The notes: generated by a model from the sequence alone, not told the origin. DNA of 64,000 nucleotides from Thermoplasmata archaeon (GCA_049965815.1 JBMFVV010000001.1:21484-85483); one strand, 5' to 3'. Positions 1-10,559 are shown, numbered from the stretch's first letter. Numbers and translations are program-made.

Positions 1-202
1 TGAAGATGAACCTATCACCCGGGAATGAGACTGTAGAAGAATAGAACTCCCTGACCTTCTCAAGGTCCTGGCTTTCCAGCAACATTATCACTTCACCCGT
101 TCCGTCGCCATGGTCCACCCATATGTAGTCTTCCGGATACCCTGGATAAGTCCTGTAACCCATACTCTTCACCATCTCATCTATGAGTATTCGGATGTCC
201 AT
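1..202 (-). CDS. Hypothetical protein, 5' part only (runs off window start)
   Basis: Manual translation: ATG at 202, MDIRILIDEMVKSMGYRTYPGYPEDYIWVDHGDG..., open to position 1; not in the ORF track; divergent from porC. Confidence 0.65.
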   Translation of the reverse strand, partial: MDIRILIDEMVKSMGYRTYPGYPEDYIWVDHGDGTGEVIMLLESQDLEKVREFYSSTVSFPGDRFIF

Positions 203-394
203 GTGATTTGGTATAATCTGTAAGATAATATGATTATTGTTCTGCACTTTGGCGATAGCTCAGGTTTTTTTGAGCCAAGAAAATTATAGAATGATTTGAG
301 GACCCTGTATTTTCCAGGGTATTTTGCCGATTTTGGCTCAGCTAATTTCATCATCCTTTTATAGCATCCCGCAATATTGGTAACAGTGTCACAT

Positions 395-940
395 ATGTAT
401 GAAGTAAGGTTCCACGGAAGAGGTGGACAGGGTGCGGTCACTGCATCAAAGATACTTGCTACTGCTGCTTTTCTTGAGAGCAAGTGGGTGACGTCCTTTC
501 CATTCTTTGGCACGGAAAGAAGAGGTGCACCTGTAACTGCGTTCACCAGGATTGACGACAAGAAGATAGAGCTGAGGAGTCAGATATACGAACCGGATGC
601 AGTTGTTGTTCTCGATAAATCACTGATGAAGGTGGTTAATGTGACTGAGGGTTTGAAGAGCGATGGCGTGATCATCGTGAACGGCAAGGTAGGTGACCTG
701 GTGGAGGCAGGGAAATTTAGGGTAGGATACGTGGATGCCACAAGCATCGCACTCAGAAATGGCCTCGGAGACCCCTCCCACCCCATAGTCAACACCGCCA
801 TACTTGGTGCATTCGCCAAGGCCAGCAACCTGGTATCACTTCAATCAATTGAGAATGCAACCTCAGATACCGTTCCTTCCAAGAAGAAGGAGAACGTAAA
901 TGCTATCCAGGAAGCATACGAAGAGACGGAGTTGAACTGA
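395..940 (+). CDS. porC: Pyruvate/2-oxoacid:ferredoxin oxidoreductase gamma subunit
   Basis: [14 protein letters not shown] and [10 protein letters not shown] motifs; ATG at 395 preferred over TTG at 377. Confidence 0.93.
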   Translation: MYEVRFHGRGGQGAVTASKILATAAFLESKWVTSFPFFGTERRGAPVTAFTRIDDKKIELRSQIYEPDAVVVLDKSLMKVVNVTEGLKSDGVIIVNGKVGDLVEAGKFRVGYVDATSIALRNGLGDPSHPIVNTAILGAFAKASNLVSLQSIENATSDTVPSKKKENVNAIQEAYEETELN

Positions 941-942
941 AG

Positions 943-1233
943 ATGCCGATCATTCCAGTAACTTATCTGTCTTCATCGACGAGGGTAATGTCGTCATGGA
1001 GGACATCAAAGCCAGTGATAGATTATTCGAAGTGCACAAGATGCTCAATATGCTGGAAATTCTGCCCGGACGTTGCGATAGACCTGATAACTGATAACAG
1101 TCTCGGAGCGCCCAACGACAGGTTCAAGGCTCTTGAAGCACCGTCCATAGACTATGACCACTGCAAAGGATGCGGCATATGTGCGGAAGAGTGCCCGTTC
1201 GATGCAATAGAAATGGTTAGGGAGGAGATATGA
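943..1233 (+). CDS. porD: 2-oxoacid:ferredoxin oxidoreductase delta subunit (2x[4Fe-4S])
   Basis: [21 protein letters not shown] and [12 protein letters not shown]. Confidence 0.93.
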   Translation: MPIIPVTYLSSSTRVMSSWRTSKPVIDYSKCTRCSICWKFCPDVAIDLITDNSLGAPNDRFKALEAPSIDYDHCKGCGICAEECPFDAIEMVREEI

Positions 1234-1234
1234 G

Positions 1235-2410
1235 ATGAAGGCAGTTCAATCATCCAGAAGAATCATGACGGGAAATGAGGCAGTTGCAACCGGAGTCAAG
1301 CTGTCAAACGTCAAGGTTATTTCCGCTTATCCGATCACGCCGCAGACGACCATAGTGGAGAAGCTTGCAGACATGGTCGCGAACGGTGAGATCGACTCGA
1401 AATTCATAGAGGTTGAGAGCGAGCATAGTGCAATGGCATCCGTCATTGCGAGCGAAATTACAGGTGCGAGATCGTATACCGCTTCATCCTCACAGGGGGT
1501 GCTATACATGCACGAGAACCTTCACTGGGCTGCGGGTATGAGGGTCCCGATCGTAATGTCGGTTGTGAACAGGGCAATCGCGCCACCGTGGAGCATATGG
1601 GGCGAACAGACTGATTCATTCAACCAGAAAGATACGGGATGGCTTCAGATATACTGCGAATCAAACCAGGAAGCCATGGACAGCGTGATCCTCGGATACA
1701 AGATCGGAGAGAACAAGAAGATACTGCTGCCCGTAATGAACATGCTGGATGCATTCACACTCTCTCATACATCCGAGCCTGTGGACGTCAGGGACCAGAA
1801 GACGTCCTATGACTATCTCGGCGACCTGGACCTTGATTTCAAGATAGATTACAAGAATCCCGCTGGATATGGCTCCCTTGTGTCTCCTGATGGTCCATAC
1901 ATGGAAATGAGGAAGGACATGAGGGATAGTATGTACAATGCAGCAAGCTTCATCAAGAGTGAAATTTCCAATTTCAACAACCTGTTCGAAGCAGATCTTC
2001 CCGGACTCACAGAGAATTTCATGATGGAGGATGCAGATTACGCCCTCATCACGGCTGGTGCCATATCTTCAACAGCCAAGTATACGGTAAGAAAATTAAG
2101 ACAGCAGGGGCAGAAGGTTGGATTGATCAGACTGTATTTCTACAGACCGTTCCCGGGAGAGGAGATACTGAAGGCAGTGAAGGGACTCAAGGGACTTGGA
2201 GTCGTTGAGAGGAATGTATCGTACGGCCAGAGGGGGCCGACGTTCGAAGATGTCGTTTCAACCTTATACAGGAGGGCAGACATACCTGTAAGAAACTATG
2301 TTGTTGGCCTTGGAGGAAGGGACATCAGGGTCAAGGATTACGAGAAAATGTATGAAAATCTCGTGGAAGCTGACAATGAGATGGAATGGATAAACGTGGG
2401 GGTGAAATAG
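1235..2410 (+). CDS. porA: 2-oxoacid:ferredoxin oxidoreductase alpha subunit
   Basis: GNEAVA, AYPITPQT, VESEHSAM, SSSQG motifs. Confidence 0.95.
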   Translation: MKAVQSSRRIMTGNEAVATGVKLSNVKVISAYPITPQTTIVEKLADMVANGEIDSKFIEVESEHSAMASVIASEITGARSYTASSSQGVLYMHENLHWAAGMRVPIVMSVVNRAIAPPWSIWGEQTDSFNQKDTGWLQIYCESNQEAMDSVILGYKIGENKKILLPVMNMLDAFTLSHTSEPVDVRDQKTSYDYLGDLDLDFKIDYKNPAGYGSLVSPDGPYMEMRKDMRDSMYNAASFIKSEISNFNNLFEADLPGLTENFMMEDADYALITAGAISSTAKYTVRKLRQQGQKVGLIRLYFYRPFPGEEILKAVKGLKGLGVVERNVSYGQRGPTFEDVVSTLYRRADIPVRNYVVGLGGRDIRVKDYEKMYENLVEADNEMEWINVGVK

Positions 2411-3292
2411 ATGCCTCTGACAATACCCAGGGAGGAATTAATGCTACAGGGACATACCGCCTGCGCAGGGTGCGGAGCCACACTTTCCATGAGGTACGTC
2501 CTTAAGGGGGCAGGAGAGAAGAGTGCTGTTGCCGTACCTGCATGCTGCTGGGCAGTCATACCTGGCGAATTCCCGTACACGGCGCTGAAGGTGCCAATGG
2601 TCTACACGTCATTCGCATCTTCCGGAGCTGCCATATCAGGACTGAGGGAAGGACTTGACGCACAGGGGAAGGAAGATTACACAGTACTTGCGTTTGCCGG
2701 CGATGGTGGAACCGCTGATATTGGTCTCCAGGGACTGAGCGCAGCGATGGAGCGCGGACACGACGTGCTCTATGTCATGTACGACAACGAAGGGTACATG
2801 AACACTGGAATACAGAGAAGTGGAAGTACACCTTACGGTGCGTGGACGACGACAACGCCCGTTGGATCAAAAAGGGATTATAAGAGGGAGAACAAGAAAG
2901 TCGTTGCAGACCTCATGATGGCACAGAACGTTCCTTATGTCGCTACAGCCACAATAGGGTTCCCGGAGGACCTTGAAAAGAAGGTTGCCATAGCCAAGTC
3001 GATCAAGGGGCCGAAATTCATACAGATACTTTCGCCGTGCCCACCAGGATGGTATTACAATTCTGCCGACACTGTCAAGGTTTCCAAGCTTGCAGTTGAA
3101 TCAAAGATATTCCCGCTATACGAGTTCAGGGAGGGGAAGTTGAAGGTCTACAAGCCTGCTAGGACCGTCCCGGTATCTGAATACCTGTCAATGCAGGGAA
3201 GATTCCATCACCTCAGGGAAGAAGAGATAAACGAAATACAGAAGGCAGTGGATGAGAGATGGGAGTCTCTCCTGAAAAGGGAGCAGAGCTGA
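2411..3292 (+). CDS. porB: 2-oxoacid:ferredoxin oxidoreductase beta subunit (TPP-binding)
   Basis: GHTACAGCG, GDGG...DNEGYMNTG TPP motif, SPCP. Confidence 0.95.
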   Translation: MPLTIPREELMLQGHTACAGCGATLSMRYVLKGAGEKSAVAVPACCWAVIPGEFPYTALKVPMVYTSFASSGAAISGLREGLDAQGKEDYTVLAFAGDGGTADIGLQGLSAAMERGHDVLYVMYDNEGYMNTGIQRSGSTPYGAWTTTTPVGSKRDYKRENKKVVADLMMAQNVPYVATATIGFPEDLEKKVAIAKSIKGPKFIQILSPCPPGWYYNSADTVKVSKLAVESKIFPLYEFREGKLKVYKPARTVPVSEYLSMQGRFHHLREEEINEIQKAVDERWESLLKREQS

Positions 3293-5119
3293 ATGCAATC
3301 AGAACCCCTTCTTGATGCTCAAAACCAGACTGAGTTTCTTCTGGGAAATGAGGCAGTTGCAAGGGGAATATACGAGGCAGGGGTATCTGTAGCAGCCACA
3401 TATCCCGGTACGCCCAGTTCTGAGATAGGGGATGTCCTATACAAACTATCTGAGAAGATGGGAATAAAGTTTGAATTTGCGACAAACGAGAAGGTTGCAC
3501 TGGAGATAGCGGCTGCTGCCACATCCGGTGGACTGAGATCATTTGTCTTCATGAAACATGTTGGACTGAACGTAGCCATGGATTCATTTGTTTCCCTCTC
3601 GGGATCCGGCGTGAAGGGAGGGATGGTCGTTTTCTCGGCAGATGACCCTTCAATGCACTCATCCCAGAACGAGCAGGACAACAGATTCCTTGGTAAGTTT
3701 GCAAAGACAATAGTCATAGAACCGTCGAACCCGCAGGAACTGAAGGATTTCGTCGTCAAGGCGTTCGACATATCTGAGGAAGTTGGCCATCCGGTGCTTG
3801 TAAGGAGTGTAACGAGGATATCGCACATAAGGGCTCCAGTCAAGCTTGGGCCCGTCAGGAACAAGAACGAATGGTCTTACAAGAAGGACCCTTCGTACGT
3901 GCTTCTTCCGGAGAATGCTTACAAGGCACAAATGTCAATAGCAAAGAGAATGGAGAAGGTGTCAGTTTCAAAATACCAGGCAAGATTCGATACGGTTTAT
4001 GGTGAATCATCAACGCTCATCATCACATCTGGTGCGGCATACAACTACATAGACGAGGCACTTCAGATGCTGAATGTAAGAGCAAGGATCATGAAGATCG
4101 GCATGAGCTTCCCCCTTGACAACGAGAGGATCATTGAAGAGGTCAAGGGTGCGGAGGAAATCATATTCGTGGAAGAGGGTGGACCTTTCATTGAGGAACA
4201 GGTCCTGCAGGAATGCGCCCTTCGCTCCATCAACAGGAAGTTCTATGGGAAGCTGAATGGTAGCGTTCCCACATCGTATGAGATGGACGTTGACAGGGTA
4301 GCAGGCTTCCTTTCCACAATATATGGAATACCGTTCAACGTGAAGAAGCAGGAGGCAACCGTGCCGAACAGGGAACCTGTGCTTTGCCCGGGCTGTCCCC
4401 ATCGTGCATCATACTACGTTGCAACACTGGCCATGAAACAGCTGGGGATCAGGAACCCGATCGCCCCGACTGACATTGGCTGCTATACCCTGGGTTATTA
4501 CGAACCTTACAACCTTGGAGATTTCTGTTATTCCATGGGTTCGTCTGTCGGTTCTTCGAGTGGATATGCAATGAGTGCGAAGGAGAGGGTCGTGAGCTTC
4601 ATAGGCGACAGCACATTCTTCCATGCAGGGATCCCGGCACTGATCAATGCGTATCACAACAACCATAATTTCGTCCTGGTGATACTTGACAATTCGGTAG
4701 CTGCCATGACAGGAGGACAGCCGACCCCAGAGACAAGCGAGCCGTTCAGGAGGGTGGACATTGAGAGCTTGGTCAGGGGAATTGGCATAAAGAACGTTTA
4801 TACAATGGACCCGTACGACCTGAAGAATTCACTCGAGACATTCAAGAAGGCACTGAAATCAGATGAACTTGCAGTCGTCATTAGCAAGAGGGAGTGCGCA
4901 CTGGAGGCGGACAGGAAGAAATCGCCATCTGAAGTCAAGGTATTCCAGATAAACCAGGATAAGTGCACGCAGTGCTACAACTGCATCAAGAATTTCTCCT
5001 GCGCAGCTTTCTACTTCGAGGATGGTAAGGTGAAGATAGATCCTGAACTCTGCGACGGCTGTGGAGTCTGCACTGAATCACTTGTCTGTCCATTCAACGC
5101 GATAGAGGTGATGGAATAA
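3293..5119 (+). CDS. iorA: Indolepyruvate:ferredoxin oxidoreductase alpha subunit
   Basis: LLGNEAVARG, YPGTPSSE, MKHVGLNVA, LCPGCPHR, GDSTFFH, C-terminal ferredoxin. Confidence 0.95.
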   Translation: MQSEPLLDAQNQTEFLLGNEAVARGIYEAGVSVAATYPGTPSSEIGDVLYKLSEKMGIKFEFATNEKVALEIAAAATSGGLRSFVFMKHVGLNVAMDSFVSLSGSGVKGGMVVFSADDPSMHSSQNEQDNRFLGKFAKTIVIEPSNPQELKDFVVKAFDISEEVGHPVLVRSVTRISHIRAPVKLGPVRNKNEWSYKKDPSYVLLPENAYKAQMSIAKRMEKVSVSKYQARFDTVYGESSTLIITSGAAYNYIDEALQMLNVRARIMKIGMSFPLDNERIIEEVKGAEEIIFVEEGGPFIEEQVLQECALRSINRKFYGKLNGSVPTSYEMDVDRVAGFLSTIYGIPFNVKKQEATVPNREPVLCPGCPHRASYYVATLAMKQLGIRNPIAPTDIGCYTLGYYEPYNLGDFCYSMGSSVGSSSGYAMSAKERVVSFIGDSTFFHAGIPALINAYHNNHNFVLVILDNSVAAMTGGQPTPETSEPFRRVDIESLVRGIGIKNVYTMDPYDLKNSLETFKKALKSDELAVVISKRECALEADRKKSPSEVKVFQINQDKCTQCYNCIKNFSCAAFYFEDGKVKIDPELCDGCGVCTESLVCPFNAIEVME

Positions 5120-5712
5120 TGGTTTCCATCGTATTCGCCGGCGTTGGTGGACAGGGGGTCATAACAGTGGCAATGATCATAGGAAGAGCTGCCGTGATAG
5201 AGGGTAAGAACGTCCTGATGACTGAGCTCCACGGAATGGCCCAGAGGGGTGGCAAGATATCGGTGGAGGTCAGGATTGGCGACTACAAGAGCGCAATAAT
5301 ACCAGCAAACACTGCTGATGCCATAGTTGCCTTTGAAGAGCTCGAGGCAGTCAGGAACATCAGCAAGCTGAAGGATGGCGGGATGATACTGCTCAGCAGG
5401 AGGAAGATACATCCCGTATCGATGACATTAAAAAGGCAAAACTACCCATCAGATGCCATTGATGAAGAACTGAGAAAATACAACACGCTGAACGTTGAAG
5501 CTGACCAGGTTGCACTCGATCTTGGGAACAAGAGAGTGGCAAACACCGTAATGGTCGGGGCAGTGTATTCAACCGGCATACTCGGCCTGTCAGAGGAGAG
5601 CATCATCAGTGCAATCAAGGAATCACTGCCGGAGAAGTACTGGGATGTCAACATGAAGGCATTTGAAAGAGGGCAGAAATTGCTGCTGACTGAATCCGCA
5701 AAGGCAGCATGA
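5119..5712 (+). CDS. iorB: Indolepyruvate:ferredoxin oxidoreductase beta subunit
   Basis: GVGGQG and ELHGMAQRGG motifs; coupled to iorA. Confidence 0.95.
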   Translation: MVSIVFAGVGGQGVITVAMIIGRAAVIEGKNVLMTELHGMAQRGGKISVEVRIGDYKSAIIPANTADAIVAFEELEAVRNISKLKDGGMILLSRRKIHPVSMTLKRQNYPSDAIDEELRKYNTLNVEADQVALDLGNKRVANTVMVGAVYSTGILGLSEESIISAIKESLPEKYWDVNMKAFERGQKLLLTESAKAA

Positions 5713-6569
5713 AGATTAACATAATTGGCCCTGGATCAATGGGCATCGTTCTATCATACTTTCTCCACAAGAAGAATGATGTATCCCTAATAGTAAGGAA
5801 GGGGCAGCTGCACAATCATGAGAACGGTCTCAAGATCATAGAAAATGGCAAGGAGGAAAATTTTTCTTTGCACGTGGAAGAAGATATTAGCGATTCAGAC
5901 CTGACGATAATAGCCGTGAAGTCGTACGACCTTGAGAGCGTCTTCGGGCAGTATGACCTGAAAGGCAGAGTGATCCTGATACAGAACGGGCTGGCGCACC
6001 TCAAGATGGAAAAGGCGGGGGTAGAGAAATTTTACGCAGTGACCACCTGGGGGGCGAAGAAGATAGCGAAGGGTGTTGCTGAACTGACGGGAAGGGGGTA
6101 TTTCAGGATTGGGAGCGATTCTGGCAGAATGGATATATCGTTCCTTACTGAAGCTGGCATAAATGCTGTTTGGTCTGAAAACATCAGGGAAGAACTCTAC
6201 AGGAAGGCCGCAATTAATGCAGTTATAAACCCCATAACTTCAATATTCGGTGTGAAGAATGGGGAAGTTGTGAGAAGCAAGGAACTGTGGGAAATTGCTT
6301 CAGGCGCGATAAAGGAGCTGGAACAGCTCTTCTCCACCATGGGGTACAATCTGGAAGTGGAGAAGAATGTTGTTGAGACGTGCAGAGTCACTTCAGAAAA
6401 CGTCAGCAGCATGCTGCAGGATATCCAGCAGGGGAGGAGATCAGAGATCGATGCCATCACAGGGGAGATCATTGCTCTCGGCAGGAAGGAAGGGATGGAA
6501 ATGAAGGTCAACAGTTTCCTCTACGAATCGGTGAAGTTCATCCAGAACAATAGAATGAATGCCATTTAA
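5709..6569 (+). CDS. panE: Ketopantoate reductase
   Basis: GPGSMG Rossmann, AVKSY, QNG, KAAINAVINP, SSMLQD...RSEID motifs. Confidence 0.88.
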   Translation: MKINIIGPGSMGIVLSYFLHKKNDVSLIVRKGQLHNHENGLKIIENGKEENFSLHVEEDISDSDLTIIAVKSYDLESVFGQYDLKGRVILIQNGLAHLKMEKAGVEKFYAVTTWGAKKIAKGVAELTGRGYFRIGSDSGRMDISFLTEAGINAVWSENIREELYRKAAINAVINPITSIFGVKNGEVVRSKELWEIASGAIKELEQLFSTMGYNLEVEKNVVETCRVTSENVSSMLQDIQQGRRSEIDAITGEIIALGRKEGMEMKVNSFLYESVKFIQNNRMNAI

Positions 6570-6587
6570 AATTCGTTGGATATAGGG

Positions 6588-7997
6588 CTACTTGTGAGTT
6601 CCAATTTTCACGGGGTACTTGCCTGTGAGGCATCCGAGGCAGAGATTCTCCCTTCCCTGTCCGGTGGCCTCTATCAGGCCATCAAGTGATATGTATCGCA
6701 GACTGTCTGCACCAACCTTGTCCCTTATCTCATCCAGGCTCCTGTTGGATGCGATGAACTGATCCTTTGTCTTCATGTCTATCCCAAGGTAGCAGGGGAA
6801 ACGCACAGGCGGGCATGCGATCCTGAGATGGACTTCCTTCGCACCGTATTTCTTGAGCATCTTCACTATCTTCCTCGTCGTGTTACCCCTGATCACGCTG
6901 TCATCCACGAGCACCACTTTCTTGCCATTTATGAGCTGCTTTATCGGGTTGAGCTTTATGTCCAGTTCGCTCTCCCTCCCGGCCTGCTCCGGCATGATGA
7001 ATGTCCTGTCCACATACCTGTTCTTGATGAGCGCCTCAGTCAGTGGTATTCCTGATTGCTCCGCATAACCCTGTGCATGGGTTCTTGCGGAATCAGGGAC
7101 TGCAACAACGCAGTCTGCCCCCTCCACTGGACTCTCCCTTGCAAGTATCCTGCCGAGTTCCATCCTAGTCTCGAAGACGCTCCTGCCGTCCAGGATGCTG
7201 TCAGGTCTTGCAAAGTAGACGTACTCGAACATGCAGTGGGCAGTTTTTGCGTTATCGTTGTATAAGAACGAATCTATATCGTCTTTCTTTATCTCCACAA
7301 TTTCGCCCGGCTTCACATCCCTTATCAACTTGCCGTTTAGCTGGTCGAACACGACGCTCTCAGATGCTGCACAGTAGCCATATTCAGTTGTACCAACAAC
7401 GAGGGGCCTGATCCCATTTGGATCACGTGCAACGAAAACCCTCTGGTTGATCATTATGTTGAGCGAATATGCACCTATAAGCTTCTTGAAAGTGTTCTTC
7501 ATCGAGAGTATTGGGTCAGATGTCTTTGACAGCTCTATTGAAAGGAGCTTCATTATGACCTCAGTATCTGAGTTTGTGGCGAACGAATAACCCCTGCTTT
7601 CCAGCGCCATCTTCAGCTGGGCTGCATTAACTATTTCGCCGTTGTGCCCGATCGCTATTTCGTACTTCCCTATGTTTGCATATAATGGCTGCGCGTTTTC
7701 CAGGGAAGAAGAGCCCGCGGTGCTGTACCTTATGTGCCCAATGCCCATTCCACTGTCCTTTTCCAGTTTTACTCCTGAAAAAACCTCATTGACCAGCCCC
7801 ATTCCCCTGTATGTCTTTAATGACTTGCCAGTGTTTATTGAAATTCCAGCAGATTCCTGACCCCTGTGCTGAATAATCCTGAGTGACTGTATCAGTCTGT
7901 AGCCCACAGGAACGCTCTCGGCGAGAGCGACTATCCCGCAGGATTCACCTAGACTTCGCCCAGCTATAACTTCTGATCCTTGAATCCGGATATCCAC
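6588..7997 (-). CDS. purF: Amidophosphoribosyltransferase
   Basis: ESCGIV Ntn cysteine, QHRGQES, GHIRYST, CMFEYVYFARPDS, VDDSVIRGNT; start GTG lies inside rpl37e. Confidence 0.96.
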   Translation of the reverse strand: MDIRIQGSEVIAGRSLGESCGIVALAESVPVGYRLIQSLRIIQHRGQESAGISINTGKSLKTYRGMGLVNEVFSGVKLEKDSGMGIGHIRYSTAGSSSLENAQPLYANIGKYEIAIGHNGEIVNAAQLKMALESRGYSFATNSDTEVIMKLLSIELSKTSDPILSMKNTFKKLIGAYSLNIMINQRVFVARDPNGIRPLVVGTTEYGYCAASESVVFDQLNGKLIRDVKPGEIVEIKKDDIDSFLYNDNAKTAHCMFEYVYFARPDSILDGRSVFETRMELGRILARESPVEGADCVVAVPDSARTHAQGYAEQSGIPLTEALIKNRYVDRTFIMPEQAGRESELDIKLNPIKQLINGKKVVLVDDSVIRGNTTRKIVKMLKKYGAKEVHLRIACPPVRFPCYLGIDMKTKDQFIASNRSLDEIRDKVGADSLRYISLDGLIEATGQGRENLCLGCLTGKYPVKIGTHK

Positions 7998-8106
7998 AGT
8001 GGGAGCACCTTTTGTCGGTCACGTTGTAAGAATGGTGACCACATCTCCTGCACTTTATATGGACCTTTATCCTGTTCCTTTTCCCCATCGACGGGGTTCC
8101 TCTCAT
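7945..8106 (-). CDS. rpl37e: 50S ribosomal protein L37e (53 aa)
   Basis: Manual translation MRGTPSMGKRNRIKVHIKCRRCGHHSYNVTDKRCSHCGYPDSRIRSYSWAKSR; two CxxC zinc motifs; usual position after the Sm gene; missed by ORF track. Confidence 0.95.
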   Translation of the reverse strand: MRGTPSMGKRNRIKVHIKCRRCGHHSYNVTDKRCSHCGYPDSRIRSYSWAKSR

Positions 8107-8107
8107 A

Positions 8108-8344
8108 TTATATCGCCTCCGAAGGTGAAATGTACACTACCACGTCCCCTCTGATAACCATTATGGGGAATGTTCCTCTGCTCTTGTTCTCGACTACCTC
8201 TTCCGCATTCTTTATGACCAGGTTGAGGTGCTGATCGTAACCATCCAGCAGTCCCCTGTATTCCCTGTTCCATTTCACCTTAACCAGCACGTACTGGTTA
8301 AGACTGCTTCCAAGAACATTCAGAGGACGTACCTTACCTTCCAT
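8108..8344 (-). CDS. Sm-like (Lsm/SmAP) RNA-binding protein
   Basis: RPLNVL, GYDQHLNLVI (Sm1), IRGDVVVYISP (Sm2); ATG at 8344. Confidence 0.93.
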   Translation of the reverse strand: MEGKVRPLNVLGSSLNQYVLVKVKWNREYRGLLDGYDQHLNLVIKNAEEVVENKSRGTFPIMVIRGDVVVYISPSEAI

Positions 8345-8571
8345 GGAACCCAATTGATACCTAATATTTAATGATGTTCTGCAATTCAGTGCACCCCTAA
8401 TCAATGTAGATATTCAAGCCCAGTTCGCGCCTGGCTAAGAGCGGCATCATTCTGCGCTATTATTCATAACGATACATCTCATAACCAGAATATTATATGC
8501 AACACCTTTGTCTTTCACATAATGCATTTTATTTCAGGAAGTTTATTTAGGGAACATACCATGCACTCATA

Positions 8572-9342
8572 ATGTCAATCGGACTAATTGGAGGCTCAGT
8601 TACCGGAAAACTACTAGAAGATGCTGAGATTGTAAAACTTAGTACTCCCTATGGGGAAATGTCTTCCCCTCTGGAATTGGGCAAGATTGCCGGAAAGGAC
8701 GTTGTAGTCCTTTACAGGCACGGAAAAGAGCATAAAATACCACCACACAAGATAAACTACAGGGCCAACATGTGGGGTCTGAAGGAGGTAGGGGTAGAAC
8801 GGGTGATAGGAGTATCTGCCGTTGGTTCCCTACAGAAGGACATAGAACCGGGTGCAATAGCGCTTCCGGATCAATTCTTCGATTTTACTAAGGGTAGGAC
8901 GTATACGTTTTTTGACGGTCCTGAAGTTGTTCACATGTCAATGGCAGATCCATTCTGCCCGGAGATGCTGGATGTTTTCCACAAAACGCTCATAGAGCTC
9001 AGGATAAAATCAAAGAAGGGAGGGACATATGTGTGCATAGAGGGACCCAGGTTCTCTACGAGGGCAGAGAGCAAGTTCTTCCGGGGGGTTGGGGATATAA
9101 TAGGCATGACACTCGTCCCTGAAATAAACCTTGCGAGGGAGAAGGAGATGTGCTATCTAACGCTAGCAACGGTGACGGATTATGACGTGTGGGCAGAAAT
9201 ACCTGTGAATTCAAAGGAAGTGGTAAGGGTTATGAAGGAAAGTGAAGAGAATATAAAGAAGGTGCTGGAAAGCGCTATTCCGAAGATATCGTCTATCAGA
9301 AGCTGCGGGTGCGGTCATTTCCTTAAGGAGGCACGTTTATGA
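8572..9342 (+). CDS. mtnP: 5'-methylthioadenosine phosphorylase
   Basis: TPYG, RHGKEHKIPPHKINYRAN, EGPRFSTRAES, GMT, VTDYD. Confidence 0.93.
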   Translation: MSIGLIGGSVTGKLLEDAEIVKLSTPYGEMSSPLELGKIAGKDVVVLYRHGKEHKIPPHKINYRANMWGLKEVGVERVIGVSAVGSLQKDIEPGAIALPDQFFDFTKGRTYTFFDGPEVVHMSMADPFCPEMLDVFHKTLIELRIKSKKGGTYVCIEGPRFSTRAESKFFRGVGDIIGMTLVPEINLAREKEMCYLTLATVTDYDVWAEIPVNSKEVVRVMKESEENIKKVLESAIPKISSIRSCGCGHFLKEARL

Positions 9343-10559
9343 AGGCAAGATTTCTGGGGGGAGGGGATGAGGTCGGGAGACTGGGCATGGTCCTTTCAAC
9401 TGACCATTACAAGTTCCTGTTTGATTACGGAATGAACCCCACCAAGCCACCCACTTTCCCCATGTTTGCGCCTAAGGTAGACGGTGTGTTCATTACTCAT
9501 TCACATCTCGATCACGTTGGCATGCTTCCGTGGCTGAACAAGAATGGAGGTGCCAATGTTTACGCAACGCCTCCAACGCTTGCTGTCGTTCCTATACTTC
9601 TGTACGACTCTGTGAAGATAGCCAATATTGAAGGGAACAAGCTTCCGTTTGAAGAAGAGGACGTAGACAGCATCATAGAGGCTTTCACCCCGCTTGATTA
9701 CGGTGAGACTATGGAGTTCAAGGACCAGGAGATCACATCACACAACACCGGCCACCTGGTTGGGAGTGCGATGTATATGATCCAGAATGACAAGAAAGTT
9801 GTTTTCACTGGAGATATCCAGAGCATCGACACACACCTCACATTCGGCATCAAGCCCATTGACACCGACATACTGATCGTCGAAAGCACATACGCAGGGA
9901 AGGAGCATCCTCCACGCCCATCAGTGGAAGAGAATTTTCTGTCATCGATTCAGCAGGTCGTGGAAAATGAGGGTGTGGCTGTTGTGCCTGCATTTGCAAC
10001 CGGAAGAGCACAAGAACTGCTTATGGTTCTGGAAAATACGGATTACGAGATATGGATCGACGGTATGGCAAGGACTGTATGCAACGTTCTCCTAAGCTTC
10101 CCGAAATACATAAAGAACTATCAGAGATACAAGAAAATGCTCAGGAGAGTGAAACTTGTTAGGAGCAAATCGGACCGTGACAAGGCACTGAAGGGTGACG
10201 TTATCATAACAACAAGCGGAATGCTCGATGGAGGACCTGTGCTCAACTACATATCACAGTTAAACAGTGAAAAGAACGGTCTTTTCCTTACGGGATACCA
10301 GGTGGAAGACACCAACGGAAGGATGCTGCTTGAAACTGGTAGCATAGACCTTGCAGGAGTTGCAAGCAAGGTTAGCATGGACGTCAAATTCTTCGACTTC
10401 TCTGCCCATTCTGGCCATAAGGAAATTGTCAATTTCATAGAGGGATCAAAACCAGATAAGGTTGTCTTGATGCATGGGGAAAAGAGGGAGGAACTTGCAA
10501 AGGATCTCACATCCACGAACGTTGTACTCCCGAAGAATGGAGAAGAGTTTGAACTCTGA
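9339..10559 (+). CDS. Metallo-beta-lactamase / beta-CASP family ribonuclease (aCPSF2-like, no KH domains)
   Basis: GGGDEVG, THSHLDH, GH, TGD, ESTY, GRAQE, SAH motifs. Confidence 0.88.
   Translation: MKARFLGGGDEVGRLGMVLSTDHYKFLFDYGMNPTKPPTFPMFAPKVDGVFITHSHLDHVGMLPWLNKNGGANVYATPPTLAVVPILLYDSVKIANIEGNKLPFEEEDVDSIIEAFTPLDYGETMEFKDQEITSHNTGHLVGSAMYMIQNDKKVVFTGDIQSIDTHLTFGIKPIDTDILIVESTYAGKEHPPRPSVEENFLSSIQQVVENEGVAVVPAFATGRAQELLMVLENTDYEIWIDGMARTVCNVLLSFPKYIKNYQRYKKMLRRVKLVRSKSDRDKALKGDVIITTSGMLDGGPVLNYISQLNSEKNGLFLTGYQVEDTNGRMLLETGSIDLAGVASKVSMDVKFFDFSAHSGHKEIVNFIEGSKPDKVVLMHGEKREELAKDLTSTNVVLPKNGEEFEL

Noticed and set aside
1270-3362. Exact 20-nt repeat GGGAAATGAGGCAGTTGCAA at 1270 and 3343
   Set aside because: Both copies encode the conserved GNEAVA motif of homologous PorA and IorA N-termini
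8417-8458. Two small adjacent hairpins between the Sm gene and mtnP
   Set aside because: Short bulged stems expected by chance; no complete C/D or H/ACA box set seen
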